Virus record (IMG/VR): IMGVR_UViG_3300023178_000006
Reading direction: 5' to 3' (one strand)
DNA: 64,000 nucleotides
Source of the DNA: a virus
Lineage: Duplodnaviria; Caudoviricetes
Shown here piece by piece: positions 46,623-55,442 of the stretch. Under the pieces are notes generated by a model that was not told the DNA's origin, did not search any database, and saw only the letters and a program-made list of their open reading frames with translations. Both the position numbers and the translations under genes were made by a program. Position 1 is the stretch's first letter; every line of letters starts with the position of its first letter.

Positions 46623-46919
46623 TTAATATCTTCTAAAGCCTCTTGGCAAATTACTCATTGCCATCTCTTTGGCACGAGCTTTTTGATGCCTTTTAATACC
46701 TTCAGCTTTTTTTCTATTTCTTTTAATTGAAGGTTTTTCATAGAACTCTCTTTTCTTGAGTTCTTTAAGAATCCCAGCCTTTTCAACCGCTTTCTTAAAC
46801 TTTCTCATCGCTACATCAAATGGCATAGCTTGAGGTGGTCTTTTATCTCTAGGATGTCTTTTTCGTGGTGCCAAAATAACGGTAGTACCACTTACCGCAT
46901 TATCAAATCTTTTTCTCAT
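46623..46919 (-). CDS. rpsU: ribosomal protein bS21 with N-terminal extension
   Basis: [34 protein letters not shown]; start moved to ATG 46919 because the track start lies in the -35 box. Confidence 0.88.
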   Translation of the reverse strand: MRKRFDNAVSGTTVILAPRKRHPRDKRPPQAMPFDVAMRKFKKAVEKAGILKELKKREFYEKPSIKRNRKKAEGIKRHQKARAKEMAMSNLPRGFRRY

Positions 46920-46926
46920 ACTGTAT

Positions 46927-46955
46927 AATATACCACAGTTTGACGGAATTGTCAA
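46927..46955 (-). promoter_or_regulatory. sigma70-type early promoter for bS21
   Basis: CAGTTGACA-17-TATATT. Confidence 0.8.
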
Positions 46956-46999
46956 CTGTTTTTTTCATTTTTTTCGCAAATATTTCCATTTACTTGACT

Positions 47000-47028
47000 A
47001 TTATAACAGGTTTTATTGCATTTGTCAA
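47000..47028 (-). promoter_or_regulatory. second, tandem sigma70-type early promoter
   Basis: CAGTTGACA-17-TATAAT. Confidence 0.88.
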
Positions 47029-47031
47029 CTG

Positions 47032-47838
47032 TTATTTGAAATAACTTTCGATATCCCAGGTGTCTACCTGTTCGTTGATGACGTCCATATCGAGTTCAGA
47101 TTCCCAAGTAATCTCTCTATTATATGGTTTATATTTTTCTTTTTGAAAATAATCTTCATAGCAAACGAGTTCACCAGGAAATTCTTTCCACATTCTACCC
47201 ATTACTTTATAATTGTAGACGAGTTGCCAAACCATACGAGTAAGATTTAAATCGTGACCTTGACCGTGGTTGACTCCTTTCGAGGGATTGATGGATGCTT
47301 TATAAGGTTCTTCTTTATCTCCAAATACACCTCTATGAATACCGTGCATTCTCTTGACGTATATTTCTTCAACGTGCATCCAAGACTCGCGCCAAGATTT
47401 TCCGTCAGTATTTTCTGGGTATGCTTTAAACCCAGTTTCTGCCCAAGAACCAGTAAGACGTGCTGCAACCCAACTTTCGATTTGTTTCATAAAATCTCTT
47501 CGATAGAGATAGTAGACTTTATCGGCTTGACCAATAACTGTACGAAGTTGAAGGTGTTCTTTATCATCACCGAAATGATTCGGCATAATTTTATAACAAG
47601 CAGGGTGACCATTACGCAATTGTTGGAAAAAGTTCCAACGACTTAAAGCTTGTCTCCCTACTTTAGGATTAGAAAAAATGAATGCATCTCTCTTAATACT
47701 TTCAAGTTCACCTAAACCAAAAGGTATTTCGTGAGAAAACAATTCACCTTTATAAGGTAACTGATGTTCTTCAGATTTTTCTAGTGTGAATGATGTACTT
47801 CCGGTACGAAAGTTTGTTAAGACACAAACATTTTCCAT
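47032..47838 (-). CDS. sulfotransferase-like protein
   Basis: FRTGSTS PAPS-binding loop, GELF, YLYRRD..QIES. Confidence 0.6.
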   Translation of the reverse strand: MENVCVLTNFRTGSTSFTLEKSEEHQLPYKGELFSHEIPFGLGELESIKRDAFIFSNPKVGRQALSRWNFFQQLRNGHPACYKIMPNHFGDDKEHLQLRTVIGQADKVYYLYRRDFMKQIESWVAARLTGSWAETGFKAYPENTDGKSWRESWMHVEEIYVKRMHGIHRGVFGDKEEPYKASINPSKGVNHGQGHDLNLTRMVWQLVYNYKVMGRMWKEFPGELVCYEDYFQKEKYKPYNREITWESELDMDVINEQVDTWDIESYFK

Positions 47839-47854
47839 AATATAAAAAGGACCT

Positions 47855-48325
47855 TTAGTTATTAATTAATTTTTCGTATTTTGCTCTATCAACAACACCT
47901 TCTTTTAATAACTTATCTCTATTCTTTAAGTGTTGTTCTTCGACATCATCTTTACTTCCACCAGTGTAAGGTACACCATGTCCTTCGTGGAACATAATTT
48001 CTGTAACTAAACACCAACGGTCTTGTTCTGGATAATAGACATTAAAGTCACCAAGGATTCTACCAAATTTACCTTTAGCATCTTCTCCACCACGACCTTT
48101 AAATGTTTTTAGAATGATATCCTTTGTTAATAATTCTTTTAATCTTTTCTTTGCAGCGAGGCCAAATAATTTTTCAATCTTATTCCTAGTTCTGGACTCT
48201 GGTGTATCAATTCCCATAATACGAACACGCTCATTACGCATCCAAATACCAAACCCCAAATCAATATCGACATCTACGGTATCTCCGTCTACTACTTTAA
48301 TTAATTTTGCTTTATACTCATACAT
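47855..48325 (-). CDS. thermonuclease (SNase-like)
   Basis: VVDGDTV, RIMGIDTPES, GKFGRIL; start moved to ATG 48325. Confidence 0.9.
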   Translation of the reverse strand: MYEYKAKLIKVVDGDTVDVDIDLGFGIWMRNERVRIMGIDTPESRTRNKIEKLFGLAAKKRLKELLTKDIILKTFKGRGGEDAKGKFGRILGDFNVYYPEQDRWCLVTEIMFHEGHGVPYTGGSKDDVEEQHLKNRDKLLKEGVVDRAKYEKLINN

Positions 48326-48327
48326 CT

Positions 48328-48774
48328 TTAATCTTCCTTTATGGTCATCTTTTCTAACCATGTTTCATTGCGACCTGCTTTCTTTTCTTCCCAATCTTGG
48401 ATAGCACGTTTGATTGAATCTTCGGCCAACACTGAACAATGAATTTTGATTGGAGGTAATTCTAAAGCATCCGCAATTTCTTTATCTTTAATATTCTTCG
48501 CTTCTTCAATGGTTTTACCAATTAACATTTCAACGAACATACTGCTTGAAGCGATAGCAGAACCACATCCATAAGTTTTAAATTTAACATCTTCGATGAC
48601 CTCAGTTTCTGGATTTAATTTTAAATCCAATTTCATAACATCACCACATGCAGGTGCACCCGTAAGTCCCGTTGCAACGTTTGGGTCATTAGGGTCAAAC
48701 CTTCCGACACCATGTGCAGCAGGGTTATTGGTCACTGCTTCGAATCTTTCTATAACTTTCTTTGAGTATGGCAT
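48328..48774 (-). CDS. iscU: Fe-S cluster scaffold IscU
   Basis: GAPACGDVMKL, FKTYGCGSAIASSS, LPPIKIHCSVLAED. Confidence 0.95.
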   Translation of the reverse strand: MPYSKKVIERFEAVTNNPAAHGVGRFDPNDPNVATGLTGAPACGDVMKLDLKLNPETEVIEDVKFKTYGCGSAIASSSMFVEMLIGKTIEEAKNIKDKEIADALELPPIKIHCSVLAEDSIKRAIQDWEEKKAGRNETWLEKMTIKED

Positions 48775-48783
48775 GGATAGTAT

Positions 48784-48873
48784 TTATCTTCGTTTACACC
48801 ATACACGTACCCACCATTTAAAATATCTTCTTCCTTCACCATAAGCTGCTGAAGCTAATCGATTATAAATCAT
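48784..48873 (-). CDS. 29-aa basic/aromatic peptide (not in ORF track)
   Basis: MIYNRLASAAYGEGRRYFKWWVRVWCKRR fills the gap in the operon. Confidence 0.4.
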   Translation of the reverse strand: MIYNRLASAAYGEGRRYFKWWVRVWCKRR

Positions 48874-49456
48874 AAAATTTTATTTTACTCTTATAGAATT
48901 GCTTAATATCATTTCTTTCTTTTACCCAGATTTCTCTTGGTGTAGAATTTTCATATCCCTCAGTTTGTTGATAAACATTCTGAGCTCCTATACCATCGAA
49001 TCCAAGTAAATGGATTTCATTAAATCCTAATTCACATGCTAATAATAATGCTCTTGAACCAGAGCTGATTGGAATTTCAAGTAATTTTTGTACTGAATCT
49101 TCTTCTTCAGTCCAAGTTACATACGTGAAATTTTCTGTACCGTTAACAACACAACTCATTCTATTATCTCTATCATTTGAAATAACAGGTTTACCTAATT
49201 GTTTTGCTAAGTTATAACCTTCATCACCGGGAAGAGTTTCCCATTCAGAAAAGTAACAAAGGTTGTCTTTGCAATATCCGGTTTTATAAATCAGATGTTG
49301 CATATAAACATCTGTACATATTAAAAAATCTGGAGATTCTCTATACGCTCCATTACAACCGAACACAGTCGCATTTGGAAACTTTTCTCTGTAGTTGTAT
49401 CCTAAACGAGATTCTCCGTTTCCTAATATGATTGCTTGTTTATTTTCCTTGACCAC
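48863..49456 (-). CDS. Rossmann-type glycosyltransferase-like (DUF115/MptE-like) protein
   Basis: IILGNGESR, VFGCN, SSG..A..LA..LGFNEIHLLGFD. Confidence 0.6.
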   Translation of the reverse strand: MVKENKQAIILGNGESRLGYNYREKFPNATVFGCNGAYRESPDFLICTDVYMQHLIYKTGYCKDNLCYFSEWETLPGDEGYNLAKQLGKPVISNDRDNRMSCVVNGTENFTYVTWTEEEDSVQKLLEIPISSGSRALLLACELGFNEIHLLGFDGIGAQNVYQQTEGYENSTPREIWVKERNDIKQFYKSKIKFYDL

Positions 49457-49583
49457 GATATTTTTTAAATGACCGTTTTTTAGACTTGTTCATTGTAGCA
49501 CGACTCTTTGGATTCTTTCCAATAGATGTGCCTTTTTTAATACCATTGTGGGTACTCGCGTAAGCTTTACTTTTCGTCGCCAT
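49440..49583 (-). CDS. 47-aa highly basic peptide (not in ORF track)
   Basis: GGAG SD; ...KGTSIG...MNKSKKRSFKKYRGQGK. Confidence 0.7.
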   Translation of the reverse strand: MATKSKAYASTHNGIKKGTSIGKNPKSRATMNKSKKRSFKKYRGQGK

Positions 49584-49773
49584 CTTTCTCCTCTATATCA
49601 CTTTCATAAATTGGAAGACCGTGATAGGTGTATCCAATTATTTTTTTATCATCTTCAAACAACGAATATACAGCTGAACCAATTAACACTGTCCACAATA
49701 TAACACCACTCCAAAGAAGAAGTATAGTTGCTTTATACGCTAACTTATCTAAATACGACTCTTGCTTTTCCAA
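49567..49773 (-). CDS. small membrane protein
   Basis: Single TM. Confidence 0.55.
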   Translation of the reverse strand: MEKQESYLDKLAYKATILLLWSGVILWTVLIGSAVYSLFEDDKKIIGYTYHGLPIYESDIEEKDGDEK

Positions 49774-49960
49774 CTTTATTTCGTCTCACTAATTCGTTTT
49801 TAATTTTTTGTTTTTTCTTAGGGATTGTTCCTGAAGCATTGTACATATCAATCAATTCACCGTTTGATTTTGTTTTTATATATTCATGTGTATATTCGAA
49901 ACTTGGTCTACTCGCTCCTCTTACAACTTTCCTTACTGATTTTCCTATCTTTACTGGCAT
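49745..49960 (-). CDS. basic hypothetical protein
   Basis: GAGG SD, 71 aa. Confidence 0.65.
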   Translation of the reverse strand: MPVKIGKSVRKVVRGASRPSFEYTHEYIKTKSNGELIDMYNASGTIPKKKQKIKNELVRRNKVGKARVVFR

Positions 49961-50247
49961 TATAACCTCTTTACCATTTCTACAATCCTGTCCACATCAG
50001 GGTCGTTTAGATAACCATAAATGCCTTCATCGGCTTTATGATAGTCATCTAATATATTTTCCATTCTATCCGCAGGTGGGTCTACGAATGTTTTTAAATC
50101 TTTATCTATAATAGCAAGTTCCCACTTATTTTCTTTATATCCATAAGAACCCGTAAATTTTACAGCCGAAATGATGTATCCATTATCCAAGTTCCATTCT
50201 ATTCTCTCACCATCGTGCCATGGTGTTCTTTTAGGCCATTTTGCCAT
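49960..50247 (-). CDS. hypothetical protein
   Basis: Start moved to TAATG-coupled ATG 50247 (MAKWPKR); GSYG...WELAI motif. Confidence 0.65.
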   Translation of the reverse strand: MAKWPKRTPWHDGERIEWNLDNGYIISAVKFTGSYGYKENKWELAIIDKDLKTFVDPPADRMENILDDYHKADEGIYGYLNDPDVDRIVEMVKRL

Positions 50248-50387
50248 TATGTCATTCTCCCAATAATAAATCCTAACCAAAATACAAAGATGTCTATAAC
50301 GAAATGTAATGCAAAACTCAAAGCAAAGATTTCTTTCCAATGAATCTTACAAATATTAAACCATTCTATTATCTTGTCTTTTAGCAT
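50247..50387 (-). CDS. 46-aa membrane microprotein (not in ORF track)
   Basis: MLKDKIIEWFNICKIHWKEIFALSFALHFVIDIFVFWLGFIIGRMT, just downstream of the internal promoter. Confidence 0.6.
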   Translation of the reverse strand: MLKDKIIEWFNICKIHWKEIFALSFALHFVIDIFVFWLGFIIGRMT

Positions 50388-50610
50388 TTTGTTCCCAAAT
50401 ATATTCTTTCAGACTATTATAACATCCTATGTAGTGTTTGTCAACTGTTATGTGTGGTATTTTTGTCATATCAACACCGAGTTGTTCGCATTCTATATAA
50501 TGCTGTCTGAAACTTACGTCTTTATACCTGAATGTAAGGTTATTTTTTCGACATAAATTAATTGCATTAATGCAAGCACCGCAAGATGCGGTTCCATAAA
50601 TTGTTATCAT
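50356..50610 (-). CDS. glutaredoxin-like protein
   Basis: TIYGTASCGAC, IPHITVDKHYIG. Confidence 0.75.
   Translation of the reverse strand: MITIYGTASCGACINAINLCRKNNLTFRYKDVSFRQHYIECEQLGVDMTKIPHITVDKHYIGCYNSLKEYIWEQNAKRQDNRMV
50416..50444 (-). promoter_or_regulatory. sigma70-type early promoter embedded in the glutaredoxin CDS
   Basis: CAGTTGACA-17-TATAAT. Confidence 0.8.
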
Positions 50611-50858
50611 TCTTTAATTATTTTCTTTAAATGAGGATATCTTGTGTAAGCTGGGTGAGCATACTTACTCATAACGTCTGCTGCATCATCAACAGCTGAA
50701 GGTGGTGAAGGTTCAAAAGGTCTTTCTAAAGGATTGTCAGATTCGTAATTCAAATCTTTTTTCTCTTTATTAAAAATCCTGTCCCATTCAGAATCAAATT
50801 TTTTCATGTCTTTTATAGGACGAGGTTTACTACCTTTTCCACCATGCCACTTACTCAT
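50607..50858 (-). CDS. hypothetical protein
   Basis: Start moved to ATG 50858 (MSKWHGGKGSKPRP). Confidence 0.65.
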   Translation of the reverse strand: MSKWHGGKGSKPRPIKDMKKFDSEWDRIFNKEKKDLNYESDNPLERPFEPSPPSAVDDAADVMSKYAHPAYTRYPHLKKIIKE

Positions 50859-51198
50859 CTGCTTTCTTCTTCCCTTTAGCAATTGGGTCTTCCCAGTCAT
50901 TAATCCAATCAACGACTTGAGCGTCACTCATTTCTTTTGAATAATCTGGGTTTTGTTTTCGAAACTGTTTGATTGCTTGTTCAGTATTGATTATACTTTT
51001 ATCAAATACATTTTCACCAATCCATTGTTGTGCGAGTTCTTTTATTTCCTCACACATAACACTTTCTTCTGCCCACTGTAATGCGAGCTCATCAGTCAAC
51101 TGAACTTTCGTATTCATTTCCTGTAATGCTTCATACGGAATTACGTATGTTTGTCTAAACGACGATATCAATTCCACTTTCACGAACTTATCTGCCAT
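50851..51198 (-). CDS. hypothetical protein
   Basis: GGAG SD, 115 aa. Confidence 0.7.
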   Translation of the reverse strand: MADKFVKVELISSFRQTYVIPYEALQEMNTKVQLTDELALQWAEESVMCEEIKELAQQWIGENVFDKSIINTEQAIKQFRKQNPDYSKEMSDAQVVDWINDWEDPIAKGKKKADE

Positions 51199-51213
51199 AA
51201 TAAATCACTCCAC

Positions 51214-51321
51214 TTATATAAAAATCAAAATACCTAAAACTAATCCTATATTAAATCCTATCGAACATACAAATACAAAATCTCTTGCAAAGCTTTTTCT
51301 TTGATATTCTATTACTCTCAA
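51214..51321 (-). CDS. 35-aa membrane microprotein (TTG start, not in ORF track)
   Basis: RVIEYQRKSFARDFVFVCSIGFNIGLVLGILIFI. Confidence 0.4.
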   Translation of the reverse strand: MRVIEYQRKSFARDFVFVCSIGFNIGLVLGILIFI

Positions 51322-51324
51322 GTA

Positions 51325-51513
51325 TTAATCTTGTTCCATGCTCCAAGTTTTGCTCTGGTTACGAGCCGACTCGAATTCGTTAGAACTCTCCTTTTCAACT
51401 CCATTGTTGTATGGTCTTTTAGTTTCAACTAAAACTCTCTCAGTATATGGCGCACCAAATGGTCTTCTATATACTGTTTTTCCTCTATCAGGACTCTCAA
51501 AAATGTCTGTCAT
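51325..51513 (-). CDS. hypothetical protein
   Basis: IFESPDRGKTVYRRPFG motif. Confidence 0.65.
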   Translation of the reverse strand: MTDIFESPDRGKTVYRRPFGAPYTERVLVETKRPYNNGVEKESSNEFESARNQSKTWSMEQD

Positions 51514-51718
51514 TATATAATCTCCTTAAGATTTTTTGTATGATATAGTCTGCTTCTGGATATTCTCCTTCCATCATATCGACTATTGCATCAATCTGGT
51601 CTAAAGTTTCCAATTCATCAGCAATTTTATGTGCATAATGCATTCTATGTAATGCTTGATAAAACTGGTGCGGTGTCATCTTAGGAAGCTTATCTGGTTC
51701 TCTAAAATTTTCCGACAT
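51497..51718 (-). CDS. hypothetical protein
   Basis: AAGGAG SD. Confidence 0.65.
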   Translation of the reverse strand: MSENFREPDKLPKMTPHQFYQALHRMHYAHKIADELETLDQIDAIVDMMEGEYPEADYIIQKILRRLYNDRHF

Positions 51719-51728
51719 ACTATTCTCC

Positions 51729-52145
51729 TTACTTGAATAGACCTATTTTCTTTCCTTCTTTCACACGTTGGTCGTACTCTTCTGGACTAGAAGGATATTG
51801 CCAACCCCACCATGCACCGAGTGCCATAAAGGTACCAGAATACATAACTGCTTTCCAATTACCTGTTGTGACAATCATTAAGATTAAAGCAATTGCCATA
51901 AATCCTAACATTCCATATTTTGCTTTTAATGGAAATACTTTCTTTGTTTCCCAGTTTGTTAAAAATGGTCCAAAGATTTTATGGTTGTATAACCACTTGT
52001 GCATTCTATCTGAACTTCTTGCAAAGCAATAAGCAGCAAATACTGCGGGGATTGAGAAAGGAATACCTGGCATAACTACCCCTATGTATGCGATTCCTAG
52101 TAATATTAGTCCTGCGACGAACCATAGACTTCTTTTTATATTCAT
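51729..52145 (-). CDS. ybaN: YbaN/DUF454-family inner membrane protein
   Basis: LGIAYIGVVMPGIP..PAVFAAYCFARSS.RMHKWL..HKIFGPFL.NW. Confidence 0.85.
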   Translation of the reverse strand: MNIKRSLWFVAGLILLGIAYIGVVMPGIPFSIPAVFAAYCFARSSDRMHKWLYNHKIFGPFLTNWETKKVFPLKAKYGMLGFMAIALILMIVTTGNWKAVMYSGTFMALGAWWGWQYPSSPEEYDQRVKEGKKIGLFK

Positions 52146-52146
52146 A

Positions 52147-53025
52147 TTATATTGGTCTTCTATTTAATGTTGTACTTAATCCACCTGAGTCTTGAGACTT
52201 AGATGGTGTTTTCTTTGGAGCACGGTCCCAGTCAATTTCATCTGACTGTTTCTTTTTATCCATTCTATGAATTTGTTCTTCATCTACGAGTGGATTCATT
52301 TGCTCTCTATCTCTCTTGAACGCTGCGGTTGATACAATCAACAACATAATTGCAAGAGGGTCAAATACAAATATGATTGTGAGTATTACCCAACGGACTG
52401 CATTGTCGTAGAACGACTCCGCATCTTCTCCGTAAATCATATCTGCAATATATTTTACTGGACCTAATTCAGCTTCTTGTTCAAGTTGAAGTTTTTGAAT
52501 AGGCATTTTTTGTTCATTCAATTCTACGATGTCGGCGACTAAGTTATCAATATCTAAATTGATTTCATTACGTTCTTCTGTTTGTACTCTGTTAACGTAA
52601 TTTCTATCTTCTGGTCTACTTGTTTGTAGTACATAATCCAAGTTTTCTAAACGACCAGTTAAGTTGTCTAGTTGAAGTTGTTTACCTTCTAATCTTTTAT
52701 CCACTATGCTTGCTTCAAGTGAATAACTGTCTGATGTAATTGAACTATCAATATGAGCCTTGGAAAGGAATCCAAAAATACCCATTGAAGTTATTAACAT
52801 CAATACCACGACTGCTGTCGTGAAATATGCACGTACTAAATTATTAATACGTTCCCATTCGTAGTGTAGCCAAGCAGCACTCACAATTTTTCCAAATTCT
52901 AATACTGAAGCCATAACTAAAATGCTCAACGCTGCACCACTGAAAATAGTCATCAATCCTATGATGCTAAAATACGCTGCAGTTGATGCTAGCGTTAGTG
53001 ATGTAAATAGTGTTAACCATTTCAT
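52147..53025 (-). CDS. multi-TM membrane protein with central coiled coil
   Basis: [31 protein letters not shown]. Confidence 0.75.
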   Translation of the reverse strand: MKWLTLFTSLTLASTAAYFSIIGLMTIFSGAALSILVMASVLEFGKIVSAAWLHYEWERINNLVRAYFTTAVVVLMLITSMGIFGFLSKAHIDSSITSDSYSLEASIVDKRLEGKQLQLDNLTGRLENLDYVLQTSRPEDRNYVNRVQTEERNEINLDIDNLVADIVELNEQKMPIQKLQLEQEAELGPVKYIADMIYGEDAESFYDNAVRWVILTIIFVFDPLAIMLLIVSTAAFKRDREQMNPLVDEEQIHRMDKKKQSDEIDWDRAPKKTPSKSQDSGGLSTTLNRRPI

Positions 53026-54221
53026 AATTCTTTAAACGTCTCCTTCAATGCAGATACGAGGTCTTCCATCATACCATTGGTGTGTAATGGTGTTGGTGTA
53101 ATTCTAAGTCGTTCAGTACCAACATCGACTGTTGGATAATTAATTGGTTGAATATAAATTCCATACTCGTTTAATAACCTATCTGACATTGCTTTAGTTC
53201 TTTTTGCATCTCTTACCATCACTGGAAGAATATGCGTTGTAGATGCTTCATGCACCTCTATATTATTATCTATAAAAAGTTCACGTAGCGTTTGAGCTCG
53301 TTCTTGATGTTGTTCTCTAAGTTCGTTGTGTTCTTTTAACCATCTTATTGAAGCAATAGCACCTGCACACATAACAGGACTTAACGATGTGGTGAATATA
53401 AATCCACTGGCGACACTTCTAATGGCATCTAAGACAATATCTTCTCCAACAATATAACCACCATGGCCACCAAAAGCCTTGCCTAGAGTGCCATTTATGA
53501 TATCGACTCTATCAGATAGACCTAATTTTTCACAATATCCAGCACCTGTATTACCATATAAACCAACTGCATGTACTTCGTCAATATATGTAATTGCATT
53601 ATACTTATCTGCTAAATCGCATATTTCTTTAATCGGCGCAACATCACCGTCCATACTATACACTGATTCAAAAACAATACAAGGAACTTGATTGCTCATT
53701 TGAGCTGTCTGTAATGCCAACTCTAATTCGTCCATGTTATTATGTTCCCAGATAATTTTTTCAGCACGACTATGTTTAATACCCATAATCAATGATGCGT
53801 GATTTTTATTATCTGATACGAAACAAATATTTGGAATGATTCGTGATAGTGCAATCATCGTCCATTCATTAGCAACATAAGCTGATGTGAACAATAATCC
53901 TTTTTCTTTTTTATGGAGTTTTGCTAGTGTTCTTTCGAGAGTAACGTGATAGTGAGATGTTCCACCAATATTTCTTGTACCACCACTTCCCGAACCTGTC
54001 TTGTCGAGCGCGGTTTGCATAGCATCAATAACATATTTGTTTTGACCCATGCACAAGTAATCGTTGGAACACCAGTTAACTATTGTTTTTGGAGAATATT
54101 TAGAATACCAGGTTGCCTTAGGAAAGTTGCCTCTTTCACGCACTATGTCGTTAAAGACTCTATATTTTCCTTCGTCTTTTAATGTATCAATAACATTCTG
54201 AAAATATGCTTTTTCAATCAT
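53022..54221 (-). CDS. hemA: 5-aminolevulinate synthase (C4/Shemin pathway)
   Basis: [58 protein letters not shown]. Confidence 0.93.
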   Translation of the reverse strand: MIEKAYFQNVIDTLKDEGKYRVFNDIVRERGNFPKATWYSKYSPKTIVNWCSNDYLCMGQNKYVIDAMQTALDKTGSGSGGTRNIGGTSHYHVTLERTLAKLHKKEKGLLFTSAYVANEWTMIALSRIIPNICFVSDNKNHASLIMGIKHSRAEKIIWEHNNMDELELALQTAQMSNQVPCIVFESVYSMDGDVAPIKEICDLADKYNAITYIDEVHAVGLYGNTGAGYCEKLGLSDRVDIINGTLGKAFGGHGGYIVGEDIVLDAIRSVASGFIFTTSLSPVMCAGAIASIRWLKEHNELREQHQERAQTLRELFIDNNIEVHEASTTHILPVMVRDAKRTKAMSDRLLNEYGIYIQPINYPTVDVGTERLRITPTPLHTNGMMEDLVSALKETFKEL

Positions 54222-54232
54222 CGCTCACCTTT

Positions 54233-55438
54233 TTAGGCGTAAGCTTCGTCCCAGTTCCCTTGTAATCCAGCAACTTCATATTCAGTTACACGATTTTCAA
54301 AGAAGTTTGTATGGTCAGCACCATTCAATACCCATTCTAACCAAGGAAGAGGATTATCCTTTACCTTAAAGTTAGTCTTCATACCAAGTTGAAGCAGCCT
54401 TCTGTCTGTAATATATCTTATATATTCTTTTACTTCAGATTTCTGGAGACCATCGATTTCTCCCATTTCATAAGCTAAATCAATAAACTTATCTTCAAGG
54501 TCAACGATATCTTTTGACATCTCATAGATTTCTTTCTTAAACGAATCATCAACTACACGACTGTGTTCTTTACAAAATGTTTTGAATAGTTTTGAGTTAC
54601 CTTCAACATGAATACTTTCATCACGAATACTCCACTCTACAACTTTACCCATACCTTTCATCTTTCCAAATCTTTGGAAATTCAACAGCATTACGAAAGA
54701 TGCGAATAGAGCAACTCCCTCGTTGAATACAGATTTAGCAAGAGATAAACCAAGACCTCTTAATGTATTAACATCTGCTTTTCTCATGTACTCAATTTTG
54801 TCAGCCATTTCAGAATACTCTAGGAATGCGTGATATTCACTGTCTGGTAAACCTAGTGTTTCATTTAATAAAGCATAAGCACGTTGGTGAATACCTTCAC
54901 GAGCTGCAAAGGAACCTAACATATTACGTACTTCGTTATTCTTAAACTTAGGAATAAATTGGTCATAATAGTTTTGACCAACTGCAACATCAGATTGAGT
55001 AAACAATCTTAAGATGTTTGTAATATATTCTTTTTCAGTAGGTGTAATCTTACCACCTTTCCAATCAGATACATCTTCAGACAAGTCAAGTTCATCTTCA
55101 ATCCAATGTGCTTTTTCGTGTCTTGTTGTAATTTGGACTGCCCAAGGATAATGGAATGGCTTATATGTTTCAGAGAATTCTAATAATCCACCTTGCTTCT
55201 TAATCAGTGTATCACTTACTTCCATAAGGTCGTTGTAAGTTCCAATATGTTTATCATCAATAAAAATTTGTGGTACTGAGTTTACAGTTTTACCATTTGA
55301 GAATTTTTGATAAAAAGCTAATCTTTGTTCTTCATCATCTAAGATGATTTGAGTATAGCTCATACCATGTTGAGTAAACCAAGCTTTTGCCTTTTCGCAA
55401 AAAGGGCAGTTTGATTTAGTATAAATTGTTATATCCAT
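54233..55438 (-). CDS. nrdB: class Ia RNR beta subunit with N-terminal glutaredoxin (CPFC)
   Basis: YTKSNCPFC, VPQIFID; REGIHQRAY, RDESIH, TNFFE; start moved to ATG 55438. Confidence 0.93.
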   Translation of the reverse strand: MDITIYTKSNCPFCEKAKAWFTQHGMSYTQIILDDEEQRLAFYQKFSNGKTVNSVPQIFIDDKHIGTYNDLMEVSDTLIKKQGGLLEFSETYKPFHYPWAVQITTRHEKAHWIEDELDLSEDVSDWKGGKITPTEKEYITNILRLFTQSDVAVGQNYYDQFIPKFKNNEVRNMLGSFAAREGIHQRAYALLNETLGLPDSEYHAFLEYSEMADKIEYMRKADVNTLRGLGLSLAKSVFNEGVALFASFVMLLNFQRFGKMKGMGKVVEWSIRDESIHVEGNSKLFKTFCKEHSRVVDDSFKKEIYEMSKDIVDLEDKFIDLAYEMGEIDGLQKSEVKEYIRYITDRRLLQLGMKTNFKVKDNPLPWLEWVLNGADHTNFFENRVTEYEVAGLQGNWDEAYA

Positions 55439-55442
55439 TTTT

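Noticed and set aside
46920-46990. 5' extension of bS21 and a 28-aa ORF between the tandem promoters
   Set aside because: Both are spelled by the promoter sequence itself and have no SD.
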